Position numbers and translations under genes: made by a program. Below the pieces are notes generated by a model. That model did not search any database. It was not told the DNA's origin and was given only the letters and a program-made list of their open reading frames with translations. A DNA stretch of 64,000 bases from Candidatus Synoicihabitans sp. (GTDB lineage: Bacteria > Verrucomicrobiota > Verrucomicrobiia > Opitutales > Opitutaceae), in assembly GCA_965203585.1 (NCBI GenBank), contig CBDBDC010000001.1, positions 4,021 through 68,020 on the forward strand, in the 5' to 3' direction. This document shows positions 17,094-27,704 of the stretch, piece by piece; position 1 is the stretch's first letter; each line of letters opens with the position of its first letter.

Positions 17094-18014
17094 ATGACTG
17101 AAACTTCTTGCGGGCCGGTCCGGCTGACGCGCGGGACCCGCCTGCCGCGCAGGCGCTTAGGCCGTCTGACGGTAGCCGCGGCCTGTGCGACCGTGCTTCT
17201 CCTGGCCGGCTGCGCCGGGGCGCCGCGCGTGCCGCTGGACCAGGCGCAACTCGACGCCTACTTTCAGGACGTACCGGAAAAAGCGGATGCGGTCGACCCG
17301 CTTGCGGTCACGGACGAGATGCGTGCGTTCGCCCGGTTCATCAAAGGCCGTGCCCGGGCTGACAGCACCAAGCTCGAACACCTGCTGAAAGGCATGTTCG
17401 AACGTGGTCTGTCCGAGCTGCAGTACCACCCGTTCACGACGCTGACCGCCGCCGAGACGTTCGAGCGCCAGGTCGGTAACTGCCTGTCTTACACCAATCT
17501 GTTCGTTGCGCTGGCGCGCGAATCCGGCATGAAAGTCAGTTACCAGGTCGTGGACGTGCCGCCGATGTGGCTTTCGGACGGCGAGTCGGTGGTGCGCAAC
17601 ACGCACATCAACACGCTTGTGCGTAACGCCCGGGACAACAGCATCCTGGGTCGCGATTTCGCAATCGACTTCAACAACACCGAGTACAGCGACCGTTATC
17701 CGGTCGAAGTGGTGACCGACGACTATGCCATTGCCGTATACCACGGCAACCTCGCCGTGGAAGCGCTTAGTCGAGACGACACCGACACCGCGCTCGCTCA
17801 CCTGTGGCGGGCGCTGTCCATCCGCTCCGATGTCGCGCATCTGTGGGTCAACCTCGGTGTGGCACGCAGTCGACGAGGTGAGCACGACGCGTCGCTGGCG
17901 GCCTACGAGCGCGCACTAGCGCTCGACCCCGCCAATCCCTCGGCGCTCGTCAACATCTCGGTCGCCTACGACCGGCTGGGACTGACACAGCGTTCGGCCG
18001 ACATACGCCGCTAG
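17094..18014 (+). CDS. Transglutaminase-like cysteine-protease-fold lipoprotein with C-terminal TPR repeats (ends at an in-frame TAG; the frame stays open to 18296)
   Basis: Lipobox LLLAGCAG, transglutaminase-core-like QVGNCLSYTNLFVALARESG, and TPR-like repeats. GGAGAGA SD upstream. See the finding on the TAG at 18012-18014. Confidence 0.65.
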   Translation: MTETSCGPVRLTRGTRLPRRRLGRLTVAAACATVLLLAGCAGAPRVPLDQAQLDAYFQDVPEKADAVDPLAVTDEMRAFARFIKGRARADSTKLEHLLKGMFERGLSELQYHPFTTLTAAETFERQVGNCLSYTNLFVALARESGMKVSYQVVDVPPMWLSDGESVVRNTHINTLVRNARDNSILGRDFAIDFNNTEYSDRYPVEVVTDDYAIAVYHGNLAVEALSRDDTDTALAHLWRALSIRSDVAHLWVNLGVARSRRGEHDASLAAYERALALDPANPSALVNISVAYDRLGLTQRSADIRR

Positions 18015-18312
18015 GTCGAACGGATTCAGCGGCGCAACCCCTACTATCATTATCAGGTTGCGAGTGCCGCGTTCGAGGGCGCCGACTACGCCGGTTCGCT
18101 CGAGTCGATCAACCGCGCCATCGCGCTGAACAGAACCGAGTCGAGGTTCTACGGGTTACAGGGTCTAGTGCACGTCAGGATGGGCCAGACGGACGCCGCG
18201 CGAGACAGCTTCGATCATGCCCGGCGAACGGCGGAGTCGCCAAAACAGCGTGAGCGCTTCCAGCGCAAGCTCGACCTGCTGAAGCGACGGTCCTGACTCG
18301 ACCGGTTACGTT

Positions 18313-18699
18313 TCAGCCGGTGGGCACGTGCGTGGTCGTGACATCTGCGAGCAGTCGATCGTCGTCGCCACGCACCTCGGTGCGGACAACCGTGATCCGC
18401 CGTCCGACACGGATGGCTCGCGCGATGCCCCGGATCCTGCCGCCGTTCTGATTGGCCATCATGACCGCATGCAGGTCGACCCCGACCATGAACCGCGATT
18501 CGTCGAATCGCGCGTTGTACGCGCGACCAGCGGCCGCGGTGCTCAGGTTGTCGGCAAGCGAGATGATGACGCCGCCATTGATGTTGCCGGTCGGGTTCTG
18601 GTGGTGGCCTTCGATGTCGATGACCGCAACCACGGCGTCCCCGTCGTCGGCGTAACCGTGAACGCCGATGTATTCGTCGAACGTGGGTGAACTGGTCAT
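18313..18699 (-). CDS. PaaI-family hotdog-fold thioesterase
   Basis: NPTGNINGGVIISLADNLSTAAAG and an overall 128-aa hotdog-fold pattern. Confidence 0.7.
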   Translation of the reverse strand: MTSSPTFDEYIGVHGYADDGDAVVAVIDIEGHHQNPTGNINGGVIISLADNLSTAAAGRAYNARFDESRFMVGVDLHAVMMANQNGGRIRGIARAIRVGRRITVVRTEVRGDDDRLLADVTTTHVPTG

Positions 18700-18711
18700 G
18701 AGGCGCTCCGG

Positions 18712-19185
18712 TCAGATAGGCAGTTCGGTCGTCTGCTTGATGCGTTCCATGGCAAACGACGATGAGACGTCGTACAGGCTGGTCACGGCAAGCAGCTTTT
18801 TATAGACGCGGTCGTAGTCGGCGATGTCCCGGACCACGACCTTCAGCAGGTAGTCGGTATCGCCACTCAGACGATAAAACTCGACGACCTCGGGAATGGC
18901 GCTGACGCCGCGGGCGAACGTCTGCAACCACGCCTCGTTGTGTTCGTTGGTCCGGATCGACACGAATGCGGTAATACCGAGCGCAAGACTGTCCTGGTCG
19001 AGCAACGCGACCCTGCGGCGGATGACGCCGGATTGTTCCAGCTGTTTGATCCGGCGCCAGCAGGCGTTGGTCGACAGTCCGACGTCTTCGGCGAGTGCGG
19101 CAGCGGACACGGTTGCGTCGCGCTGCAGCGCGCGCAGAATCTGGCGGTCCTTGGCGTCGAGTCGCGAGGTGGTGGTTTCACTCAT
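18712..19185 (-). CDS. Lrp/AsnC family transcriptional regulator
   Basis: LDAKDRQILRALQRDATVSAAALAEDVGLSTNACWRRIKQLEQSGVI HTH plus a C-terminal RAM/AsnC_trans_reg domain. Confidence 0.85.
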   Translation of the reverse strand: MSETTTSRLDAKDRQILRALQRDATVSAAALAEDVGLSTNACWRRIKQLEQSGVIRRRVALLDQDSLALGITAFVSIRTNEHNEAWLQTFARGVSAIPEVVEFYRLSGDTDYLLKVVVRDIADYDRVYKKLLAVTSLYDVSSSFAMERIKQTTELPI

Positions 19186-21194
19186 GATCGAAATTGGTGT
19201 GACAATTTCCCGAATATATCATTCCGCGCGGTGAAAATATCCCACAGACTACACCGCGTCTGTGGTTTCCGGGCGCGGCGTGACGATCGGAAAGCGCCTC
19301 GGAAACTGATCGAACAGCCTGCAAACGTCGCCAGCGCGTCTGCGTCTCCGTCGATTGCGAGCGACCCGGCGCCCACCAGGTCGGCGGCGGTGACAACGCC
19401 CAGCATCATTCGCTTGAACTCGGTTTCGCCAAGCGCAAGCGTTGCGTCCGCCGTCTCGGCAACGCGCCCGCCGAAGAAGTTCAGCACGCTGTTGTGCACC
19501 TGCACGAGGTAGGTGCCGCCCGTATCGGTGAATCGCACGTTCAGCCTCAGCGTCAGGCCGTCCGCGCGTGCCGCGTTGAGTCGCACCGCCATCGCCTGGA
19601 ACACGTTGTCGATCGGCATGCCCCGCGCAATGCCCTCACTGACGGTCTGTTTGGAGCCGGTCGGCACGCCGTGCCTGAGTTCCAGCGCGCCGCACAGATA
19701 GAAATTGCGCCACGGCGCGGATTCCGCCTGATAACCCATCTGCTCCAGCGCATCGGCCAGCAGCGCCCGGGCGGCGACGTGTCCCGGGTTGGTCATCATC
19801 ACGTGATTCAACAGTTCGGCGACCCAGCGATAGTCGCCTTCGTCAAACGCGGCTCGTGCGATCGCCACGACGCGATCCTCGCCGCCGATCGCGTCGACGT
19901 AGCGGCGACCCGCGGCGGCGGGAGGATGTCGATGCAGCGTGGACGGATTGCCGTCGAAGAAGCCCAGGTATTTCACATAGACCGCGCGGGCGTTGTGATG
20001 CACCGAGCCGTAATAGCCGCGGTTGGAGAACTCCAGTCCCAGCGCGTCCGGCAGATCAATCTGTTCCGCGATCTCGTCTTTCGTGTAGCCGTGGTTGGCG
20101 AGCCGCAGCGTCTGATCGTGGATGTATTTATACAGGTCGCGTTGTTTCTCCAGGTAGTCGATGGCGTCGCCGCGGCCCCAGATCGGCCAGTGATGGGACG
20201 CAAAGTGCACATCCAGCCGGTCGCCGAACAGTTCGATGGATTCGTCGATCTGGCTCGCCCAGGCCAGCGCGTCGCGGACCTGCGCACCGCGCAGCGTGTA
20301 GACGTTGTGCAGGTGGTGGGACGTGATTTCAGACATGCATAGCGCCCGGAAAGCCGGCAGATAGAACACGAACTCCGACGGCGCTTCGGTGCCCATCGTC
20401 ATCTGAAACTCGAATTCCACACCGTCCAGCACGCGGCGCTCGCCCGTTTCGGAGACGATGTCGTTCGGCACGACGAATCCGGTGCTGCCCATCGACAATG
20501 CCGCGCCGAGGCCGGTGGAGACAAATGCGTGCGGCCCGGGTTTCAGAAGGTTGCCGTACATGTAGGTCGCCCGCCGGCCCATGACGTTGCCGGCGAGTAC
20601 GTTTTCGGCAAGCGCTTCTTCCACGAAGTCCCGGGGCGCAACGCACGGAATGCGACCGGATTCGATGTCCTCGGCGTCGACGACGCCGAGGATGCCGGCG
20701 AAGTGGTCCACGTGCGAGTGGGTATGGACGACGGCGGTCACCGGGCGCGCGCCTAGATGCGTGTTGGCCAGGTCGAGCGCGGCGCGCGCCGACTCGGCCG
20801 ACGTGAGCGGATCGATGACGACCCAGCCGGTCTCACCGCGGATCAGCGTCATGTTGGCGATGTCGAACGAACGCACCTGGTAGATGCCGTCGACGACCTC
20901 GAATAAGCCGTGGTGCTGCGCGTTCAGCTGAGCCTGTCGCCACAGGCTCGGGTTCACCGTGTCGGCGCAGTCGCCGTCGAGAAATCCAACCGACGACAGA
21001 TCGTAAGCAGCGCGTCCATCGGCGCGGTTGATCTTCAGCGGATCGAGCGTTGCGATGAAACCGCGGCGGGCGTTGTCGAAGCTGCGGGTGTCTTCGAAGG
21101 GTAGGGCGCGCCGTACTCTGTCGTTGGCGGCAATGGTGGCCGGGGTAGCCGGTTTGGGTGCGCGCAGCGCTTCGGGAAGTTCGAAATCTGACAC
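19182..21194 (-). CDS. Alkyl/aryl sulfatase, MBL-fold (SdsA1/BDS1-like); frameshifted about 25 codons before the natural end
   Basis: THSHVDHFAGILGV metallo-beta-lactamase motif, a dimerisation domain and an SCP2-like C-terminus. Around 19317 the frame leaves a family-like tail; the -1 frame reads LFDQFPRRFPIVTPRPETTDAV and stops at 19249-19251. Confidence 0.8.
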   Translation of the reverse strand: MSDFELPEALRAPKPATPATIAANDRVRRALPFEDTRSFDNARRGFIATLDPLKINRADGRAAYDLSSVGFLDGDCADTVNPSLWRQAQLNAQHHGLFEVVDGIYQVRSFDIANMTLIRGETGWVVIDPLTSAESARAALDLANTHLGARPVTAVVHTHSHVDHFAGILGVVDAEDIESGRIPCVAPRDFVEEALAENVLAGNVMGRRATYMYGNLLKPGPHAFVSTGLGAALSMGSTGFVVPNDIVSETGERRVLDGVEFEFQMTMGTEAPSEFVFYLPAFRALCMSEITSHHLHNVYTLRGAQVRDALAWASQIDESIELFGDRLDVHFASHHWPIWGRGDAIDYLEKQRDLYKYIHDQTLRLANHGYTKDEIAEQIDLPDALGLEFSNRGYYGSVHHNARAVYVKYLGFFDGNPSTLHRHPPAAAGRRYVDAIGGEDRVVAIARAAFDEGDYRWVAELLNHVMMTNPGHVAARALLADALEQMGYQAESAPWRNFYLCGALELRHGVPTGSKQTVSEGIARGMPIDNVFQAMAVRLNAARADGLTLRLNVRFTDTGGTYLVQVHNSVLNFFGGRVAETADATLALGETEFKRMMLGVVTAADLVGAGSLAIDGDADALATFAGCSISFRGAFRSSRRARKPQTRCSLWDIFTARNDIFGKLSHQFRS

Positions 21195-21439
21195 GGGTGT
21201 GATTTCCTCTGCCTGGTCAGCGCCATGCTAACCCGGATTTCCGCCCGGCGGGTCCGAGCGTGAACCCGCGCTTTCGGGGTAACGCCACCGTCATCGCGGC
21301 GGACCTGCTTACATATTGATCACCCGCACGTTACAAACCTCAGCTACCATCCGTGCTGGCCTTTCTGGTGTCGACGGCGCGTCGAACCGCGGTGTTCCGC
21401 TCGAAAGGCGTCTGTGTGCGAACATTGTCAAGAGGATCC

Positions 21440-24281
21440 ATGGCTCTGCCGCTGCCCCGACGGTTTGTCCTTGTCTCGCTGATCTGCGTGTTCGCTCCGC
21501 TGACGTTCGGTATTCCGTCAGCGCATGCACAGGAATCAGGTGCAGGGCAGGCGTACGAAAAAGCGCTCGCGCACTGGGCCGAGCGGGACTCGATCAGCGC
21601 CGTGATCGAACTGCACAATGCGCTGCGCGACAGACCCGATCACGTGCCGTCTCTGTTGCTGATCGGTGAAATCTATCTGGACCGTGGCGTTGGTGACGCC
21701 GCCGAAGATGCGTTTCGCCGCGCGCTCGACAACGGCGCCGACCGATCCAGGGTGTCGGTGCTCTACGCGCGTTCGCTGCTCATTCAACGCAAGGCGCAGC
21801 AGGCGCTGGACGAACTCTACTTCGCCGGTCTCGTTCCGACCGCGCAGGCAGAGATCCACGCGCTGCGTGCCGAAGCGAACGTCATGCTGTCGCGGATCAA
21901 CGACGCCGCCCGGGAACTCGACAGCGCGGACGCGCTGGCGCCCGGCGTACTGAGCGCCAGCCTCGTCCGGGTCACCGTTCACCTGCATCGGAACGAACTC
22001 GATGCGGCTCAGCGTATCGTCGACAGACTCGCGCTCGATTCTCCGGGGTCCAGTCGGGTCTGGAACGCGGCTGGTTCGGTGGCGCACGCCAAGGGGCTGT
22101 TCGAAACCGCGCTTGGGCATTACACGCGGGCGATTGATCTGGACCCACGCAACGGCGACGCTCGCATCGCTCGACTCAGCCTGTTCATCGACCTCGGTCG
22201 CGATGACGAAAGCGGTGACGATCTGGAATATTTCGCCAATCATCTGCCGACCGAACCGCGGGCGACCTACCTGCGCGCGCTCCGGCTGGCGCGGGGTGGA
22301 GACGACTTCGGGTCCCGTCAGGCGCTGGCGGACACCACATACCACCTGTCCAATTTCGAAGATGCGATGTTTCATAGGGACAGTCCGCTGCTGCTGGTCG
22401 CTGCGCTCGCGCACTACGGCCTCGGGCAGATGCAGCAGACGATTCGGTATACGCAGTTTTATCTGACGCTGCGCGGCGAAGACGTCGGCGCGCGCAAACT
22501 GCTGGCTGATGCGCTGATTAGGGTCGGGCAGCCCGTCGACGCAATCAAGACGCTGGAACCGGCGATGGAAGCGCACCCCAACGACCTCGATCTGCTGGCG
22601 CTTGCGGCGACCGCGTACGGCAGATACGGCCGGTTCCTCGAAGCGTCGAAGCTGCTGAGCCGGGCGATCAGCCTGGACGAGTCGGACGTGGACCTTCGGG
22701 CACGGCACGCAACCATGCGCATCGGCGCGGGTTACGTCGATGAAGGCATTGCGGTGCTGACGCGGTTGGTCGACGAGAACCCGACGCACGGGACGTCGGC
22801 GCTCGCGCTGCTCGTCACCTATCAGAAGGCTGGCGATTTTGCGTCAGCCATTGAGCTCGGCAAGCAGCTGGTCACGCTGAATCCGGACAATCTCAGCCTG
22901 ATCAATCTGCTCGGCGTATCGCACTTCCTGAGCGAGGACTTCGGTTCCGCCGGTGAGCAGTTTCAGAAATGCCTGGCCGCGGATCCGGAGTTCACGCCCG
23001 CGGCGGTCAATCTGGCCAAAGTGGAGATGGAGCGCGGCGACATCGCCGCGGCCAGGCAGCGCCTGCTCGCGCTGGCCGTGAAGAAACCCGACAGCGGCCG
23101 GGTTCAGCTCGAGCTGTCGCGAATCGAGCGCGCGGCGGGGAACGACCGGGACGCGATCAAGTACGCCGAGCAGGCGCAGCGGGTCGCGAAGACGGACGTC
23201 GACGTGCTGCGTTATCTCGTTGACCTGTATCTCGAGATGGGTGACATGACCCGCGCCGACGACGTCTCGTCGAGCGCCGCCACCACGGAACTGGACAACC
23301 TGGAAGTTCAGGAGATCCGGTCTCAGGTGCTGATAGTCAAAGGTGAGGTCGGATCAGCCCGGATGACCGTGCGCCGCATGCTGGACCTGGCGGCCGTGGA
23401 CGACGGCTGGCTGGTGCGGATCGCTGCGCTGCAGTCGGAGATTGGCGACGCGTCGGATGCTGCGTTTTCACTGGCCAACGCGATCAATCACGCACCGGAC
23501 AACCGGCTGGCGCACGTCGGGCTCGTCGAGCTGCAGCTCGGTATGGGGCGCGCCGCTCAGGCGCTGACGTCCGCCAAGAGCGCGATCGAGCGGTTTCCGG
23601 AAGATGGCGAACTCTGGCTGCTGCGCGGCGAGGCGGAGTATCTGCTGGCGGATCTCGTGTCGGCGCTCGTGAGTTTCGACGAAGCCGTGGCGCGCGCCAG
23701 CATCAGCCTCGCAGTGGTTCGAGGCGCCCACGTGCTGGCCACGCAGCGCAAGCTCGATGCCGCGCAGGCGCGTCTTGGGAGAATGGCTCACGAGCCACCC
23801 GGACGATCTGCTGGTGCGGCGCACGTACGGCGAGTTTCTACTTGCCGCGGGCGATTTCCGCGGCGCGAGTGACGCATACGGCAGGCTGCTCCAGACGCTG
23901 CCCGATGACGCGCAGGTACTCAACAACATGGCGTTTTCGCTGAACAAACTGGGTGACGAGGGTGCTGTCGACTACGCGCGCCGGGCGATCGAGATCGCGC
24001 CGGACAGCGCGTCCTACAACGACACGATGGGCTGGATCCTGGTTGGCAACGAGCGACCGGCGGAAGCGCTTGCGTATCTGCGCGAGGCGCGGGCGCGGGA
24101 CTATCGAAGCGCGCTGATCCGGTATCACCTTGCCGTCTGCCTGCGCGACCTCGACCGCGTCGAAGAGGCCGCAACCGAGCTGGCGGCGGCGCTGGACGGT
24201 GACACGAGGTTCGACGGGTACGACGACGCGCTGCTGCTGCAGTCCGAGTTGCGCGCGCGCCTTGCGGCCGCTGGGACCTGA
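21440..24281 (+). CDS. Large TPR-repeat protein, PrsT-like (PEP-CTERM system-associated); frameshift at GGG 23777-23779
   Basis: Signal peptide after the ATG at 21440 (AGAGGA SD), then more than 20 TPR-like repeats. Track ORFs 21353-23872 and 23757-24281 join as ...AAQARLGEWLTSHPDD... if one G is removed. The PrsT naming rests on size, repeats and the adjacent PEP-CTERM gene. Confidence 0.6.
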
Positions 24282-24546
24282 TCGCTCAACGGCACTTTAT
24301 ATCCGCGTCAGAATCTGGTTCAATGCAGGTGTTGGAAGGCAAACTGATTGACCAGTTCTGGCCTTTTGATCCCCCAGAACCGGCATTCGGCCCCCGGTAC
24401 GTCAATTCGGGCCCCAACAACGGACGTTGCACGACAACTAGTCAGGCAGTACTCACAACTCCGATACATCGCGTATCAGGGATGTGCCGTATGGTTGTCA
24501 GGGATATTTGTGCAACGCTTGGTCATTTCCAGACAGGAGGGATGTC

Positions 24547-25333
24547 ATGACACATCGACTGCTCGCGGCACTTGCAGTGTTTTTGCTGGGCCTGTCGAAC
24601 GTGGCGCTTGCCAGTGCTGACCTCGAATTCGATTTCAGCGATATCTACTCGCAGCACGGTTTCGGGTCGATGTCCGGCTCGGACGGGTCGATGCAGTATT
24701 ACCTGGACGAAACGCAGACCGGGACCGGTGCGTCATTGTCGATTACGGGCTGGCAGGCCCGGGCCAACACCCGCAATTTCCGCAACCGCACCGACAAGCT
24801 TCGCAATTTCGGCTCGCTGGGCCATGGCCTGGACCACAACGAGTCCGGTTGGCAGGAAGGCATCGACTCCAACGGGCGCTTCGACCTGATGATCTTCGAG
24901 TTCGACGACCTGGTGTCGCTCGACCGGGTCGACATGGGCTGGGTGGGTTCCGACGCGGACATCACCGTCATGGCGTTTACGGGGCGCTGGTGCGCCGACG
25001 CTCGACAACGGCACGTTTCGCTACGACCAGAACTCGAGCAAAGGCATGACGAACCTCGGTTGGGAGCTGGTCGGGCACTATGACGAAAACAGCATGTCGA
25101 TCGACGTCAACGAGACGGGCCTGATGTCGAGCTTCTGGGCGATTGGCGCCTTTACTTCGGCCATCGTCGACGCCAGCCGCACGTACGGCACCCCGGACGA
25201 GGGTGACGACTATTTCACGCTGCGCCGGATCGCTGCGTCGACCGTGGATGCGGCGGTATCCGAGCCCGGAGTGTTTGCATTGATGCTCGGTGGCATCCTG
25301 CTGCTGGTGTTGCGTCGCCGCGGACCAGCCTGA
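24547..25333 (+). CDS. PEP-CTERM sorting-domain surface protein; frameshift in GGGG 24981-24984
   Basis: CAGGAGGGA SD and signal peptide MTHRLLAALAVFLLGLSNVALA. The C-terminus VSEPGVFALMLGGILLLVLRRRG is a PEP-CTERM-type anchor. The two track ORFs join as ...ITVMAFTGGAGAPTLDNGTFRYDQNSSKGMTNLGWE.... Confidence 0.7.
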
Positions 25334-25360
25334 CGACGCGCCGGCGCGCCGAGGACACTG

Positions 25361-25390
25361 AAACCCCGCCAGTTGGCGGGGTTTTTTGTT
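25361..25390 (+). terminator. Rho-independent terminator
   Basis: AAACCCCGCC-AGTT-GGCGGGGTTTTTTGTT directly after the PEP-CTERM gene. Confidence 0.8.
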
Positions 25391-25586
25391 GGGCGAGGCA
25401 CAACGCTGATGCTGCGGTGCTCCCGTGCTCGACAATCCTGTACAGTCGGCGGACAGGCTCGGTCGGAGGCGCTGTGCGGTCGATACAAAGCCGCTATAAC
25501 CGATTGTTTTTCTGAACGTTTATCATCTCTCCAAACGCCGGACGTGGCATGAGTTTCGCATCGTGGCAGCCGGTACGACTGACGGA

Positions 25587-27704
25587 ATGTTGATGATTGA
25601 CCGAAGACGCGGGCCGCGCGCGCCGAACCCGTTGACACCCGCGGTTGCAGGGTGCCTGACAGCGCTCTTCTGCCTCGCCGCGGTGCCCGTCCCCGTCGAT
25701 GCGGACAGCGGCGATCGCATCGAGGAGCTGGTGGTCGTGGCTACCCGCGCGCCGTCGCCGGTATTCGACCTGCCGTACTCAATACACGTGGTCAATCAGG
25801 CCGAGGTGCTTCGGGCATCGCCGCGCACGCTGCCGCAGGCGTTCCGCGACGTCCCCGGAATCATGGTTCAGGAGACGTCGGCGGGTCAGGGTTCACCGTA
25901 CATACGAGGCTTCACCGGGTTCCGCAATCTGTTCCTGATCGACGGCGTCAGGCTCAACAACGCCGTCTTTCGCGACGGTCCCAACCAGTACTGGGCAACC
26001 GTGGACCTGGCCGCGTTGTCGCGCATCGAGGTCATCAACGGTCCGGCGAGCACGTTGTACGGCAGCGACGCGGTCGGAGGAACGGTTAATGCCGTGACGG
26101 CGGACGCGTTCGCCACCGGCAACCAGGCGCGTTACCGGTACGCGTCCGCCGAGCGGTCGAGCGTGCTGCGCGTGGCCACCGGCTTGGCGCTCGGTCCGGC
26201 GACCGCGGTCCGCGTTGGCGCTACCGGCAAGTCGTTCGGCGACCTGAGGGGTGGTGGCGGCGTTGGCCGTCAGGACGGTGTTGGTTATGACGAGTTCGAC
26301 GTCGATCTGAAACTCGCATCCCGTCTCGGCGCGGGGTGGCTGCTGGAAGCGTTTACGCAACACGTCAGGCAGAACAACGTGCCGCGTACGCACCGGACGA
26401 CCGACGCGGTCAGCTGGCGCGGGACGACGGTTGGCAGCGATCAACGGCGCGAGCTGGATCAGGAGCGCAGTCTGTCGTATCTCCGTCTTGGCAACGGCGA
26501 CCTCGACGGCGCGATCAGCCGCGCGTCGGTGACCGTCTCCTACGCCGGCATGGAGGAAACGCGCGACCGCATTCGCGGCAGCGGCAGCCGCGAAAAGCAG
26601 GGGTTTGAGGTCCGGACGCCGGGTCTGTCGCTGGCGCTCGAGAGTCCGACCGCAATTGGCGACCTGAGCTACGGCGTCGAGTACTACGACAATCGGGTGG
26701 ACTCCTTCAGCACCCGCAACCCGGTTCAGGGACCGGTAGGTGACGACGCAACCTATTCGACGGTCGACGCCTTCCTCAGGGATCGCTTCAGCGTTGGCGA
26801 TCGAGCGGCATTTGTTGCCGGAATCCGCCACACACGGGCACATCTGGATGCGAACAGCGTCAGCGAGCCGGTAACCGGCGAGCGCATCGCCATTGACGAC
26901 CGCTGGCACGCAACGGTCGTGAGCCTGAACGCGAGCTACGTGCTCCTCGACGACCGGTTGATGCTGTTTGGCGGCGTCAGCGAATCCTTCCGGGCGCCGA
27001 ACCTGTCCGATGTCACGCGCTTCGATTCGGCGCGCAGCAACGAATTCGAGATACCGGCGCCAGGTCTCGACCCGGAAACCTTCCTTACGGCCGAACTGGG
27101 CCTGCGTTGGCGGGGCGAGTCGTCGAGCGTCACGGCGGCAGTCTTCCGGACAGAAATCACCGATCTGATTCAGCGTTTTCCGACCGGCCGAATCGTCGAC
27201 GGCGAGGTCGAGATCACCAAAGACAACGTTGGCGACGGCGCCGTCCACGGCGTCGAACTGACCGGGTCGTATGCGCTCGACGAACAGTTGACGCTGTCGG
27301 CGTCGGCATCGTGGATGGACGGCGAAGTCAGCAACTACGTCACTACCGGCGGGCCGCCGTTTACGATGGTCGACGAGCCGCCAGATCGCCTGATGCCGCT
27401 GACGGGATCGGTGTCGCTGCGCTGGCAGTCTCGTGATACGAAGCGCTGGATCGAGGGCCGGCTGGCGTATGCTGATGCCGCTGATGATCTGTCGACCCGC
27501 GATGCGGCCGACACTAGTCGCATCCCGCCCGGCGGTACGCCGGGGTATGCGGTCGTCCACGTTGGCGGCGGCGTGCGGTTCACCGATCGCCTGGGCGTGC
27601 ACCTGACCGTGGACAACGTCCTGGACAAGGACTACCGCGTGCATGGATCGGGTACCAACATGCCGGGCATCAACGCAATGCTGACGCTCGACGTCGAGTT
27701 CTAA
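25587..27704 (+). CDS. TonB-dependent outer-membrane receptor
   Basis: Signal peptide. Plug domain (EELVVVATR ... GIMVQETSAGQGSPYIRGF ... RIEVINGPASTLYGSDAVGGTVN). Beta-barrel ending in the terminal aromatic ...MLTLDVEF. The start is uncertain (GTG 25563 or ATG 25587). Confidence 0.85.
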   Translation: MLMIDRRRGPRAPNPLTPAVAGCLTALFCLAAVPVPVDADSGDRIEELVVVATRAPSPVFDLPYSIHVVNQAEVLRASPRTLPQAFRDVPGIMVQETSAGQGSPYIRGFTGFRNLFLIDGVRLNNAVFRDGPNQYWATVDLAALSRIEVINGPASTLYGSDAVGGTVNAVTADAFATGNQARYRYASAERSSVLRVATGLALGPATAVRVGATGKSFGDLRGGGGVGRQDGVGYDEFDVDLKLASRLGAGWLLEAFTQHVRQNNVPRTHRTTDAVSWRGTTVGSDQRRELDQERSLSYLRLGNGDLDGAISRASVTVSYAGMEETRDRIRGSGSREKQGFEVRTPGLSLALESPTAIGDLSYGVEYYDNRVDSFSTRNPVQGPVGDDATYSTVDAFLRDRFSVGDRAAFVAGIRHTRAHLDANSVSEPVTGERIAIDDRWHATVVSLNASYVLLDDRLMLFGGVSESFRAPNLSDVTRFDSARSNEFEIPAPGLDPETFLTAELGLRWRGESSSVTAAVFRTEITDLIQRFPTGRIVDGEVEITKDNVGDGAVHGVELTGSYALDEQLTLSASASWMDGEVSNYVTTGGPPFTMVDEPPDRLMPLTGSVSLRWQSRDTKRWIEGRLAYADAADDLSTRDAADTSRIPPGGTPGYAVVHVGGGVRFTDRLGVHLTVDNVLDKDYRVHGSGTNMPGINAMLTLDVEF

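Noticed and set aside
27670-27704. 35-nt overlap of the convergent 3' ends of the TonB receptor and the VWA giant protein.
   Set aside because: It is plausibly just a slightly over-long ORF end in GC-rich DNA. No structure or motif suggests a functional antisense interaction.
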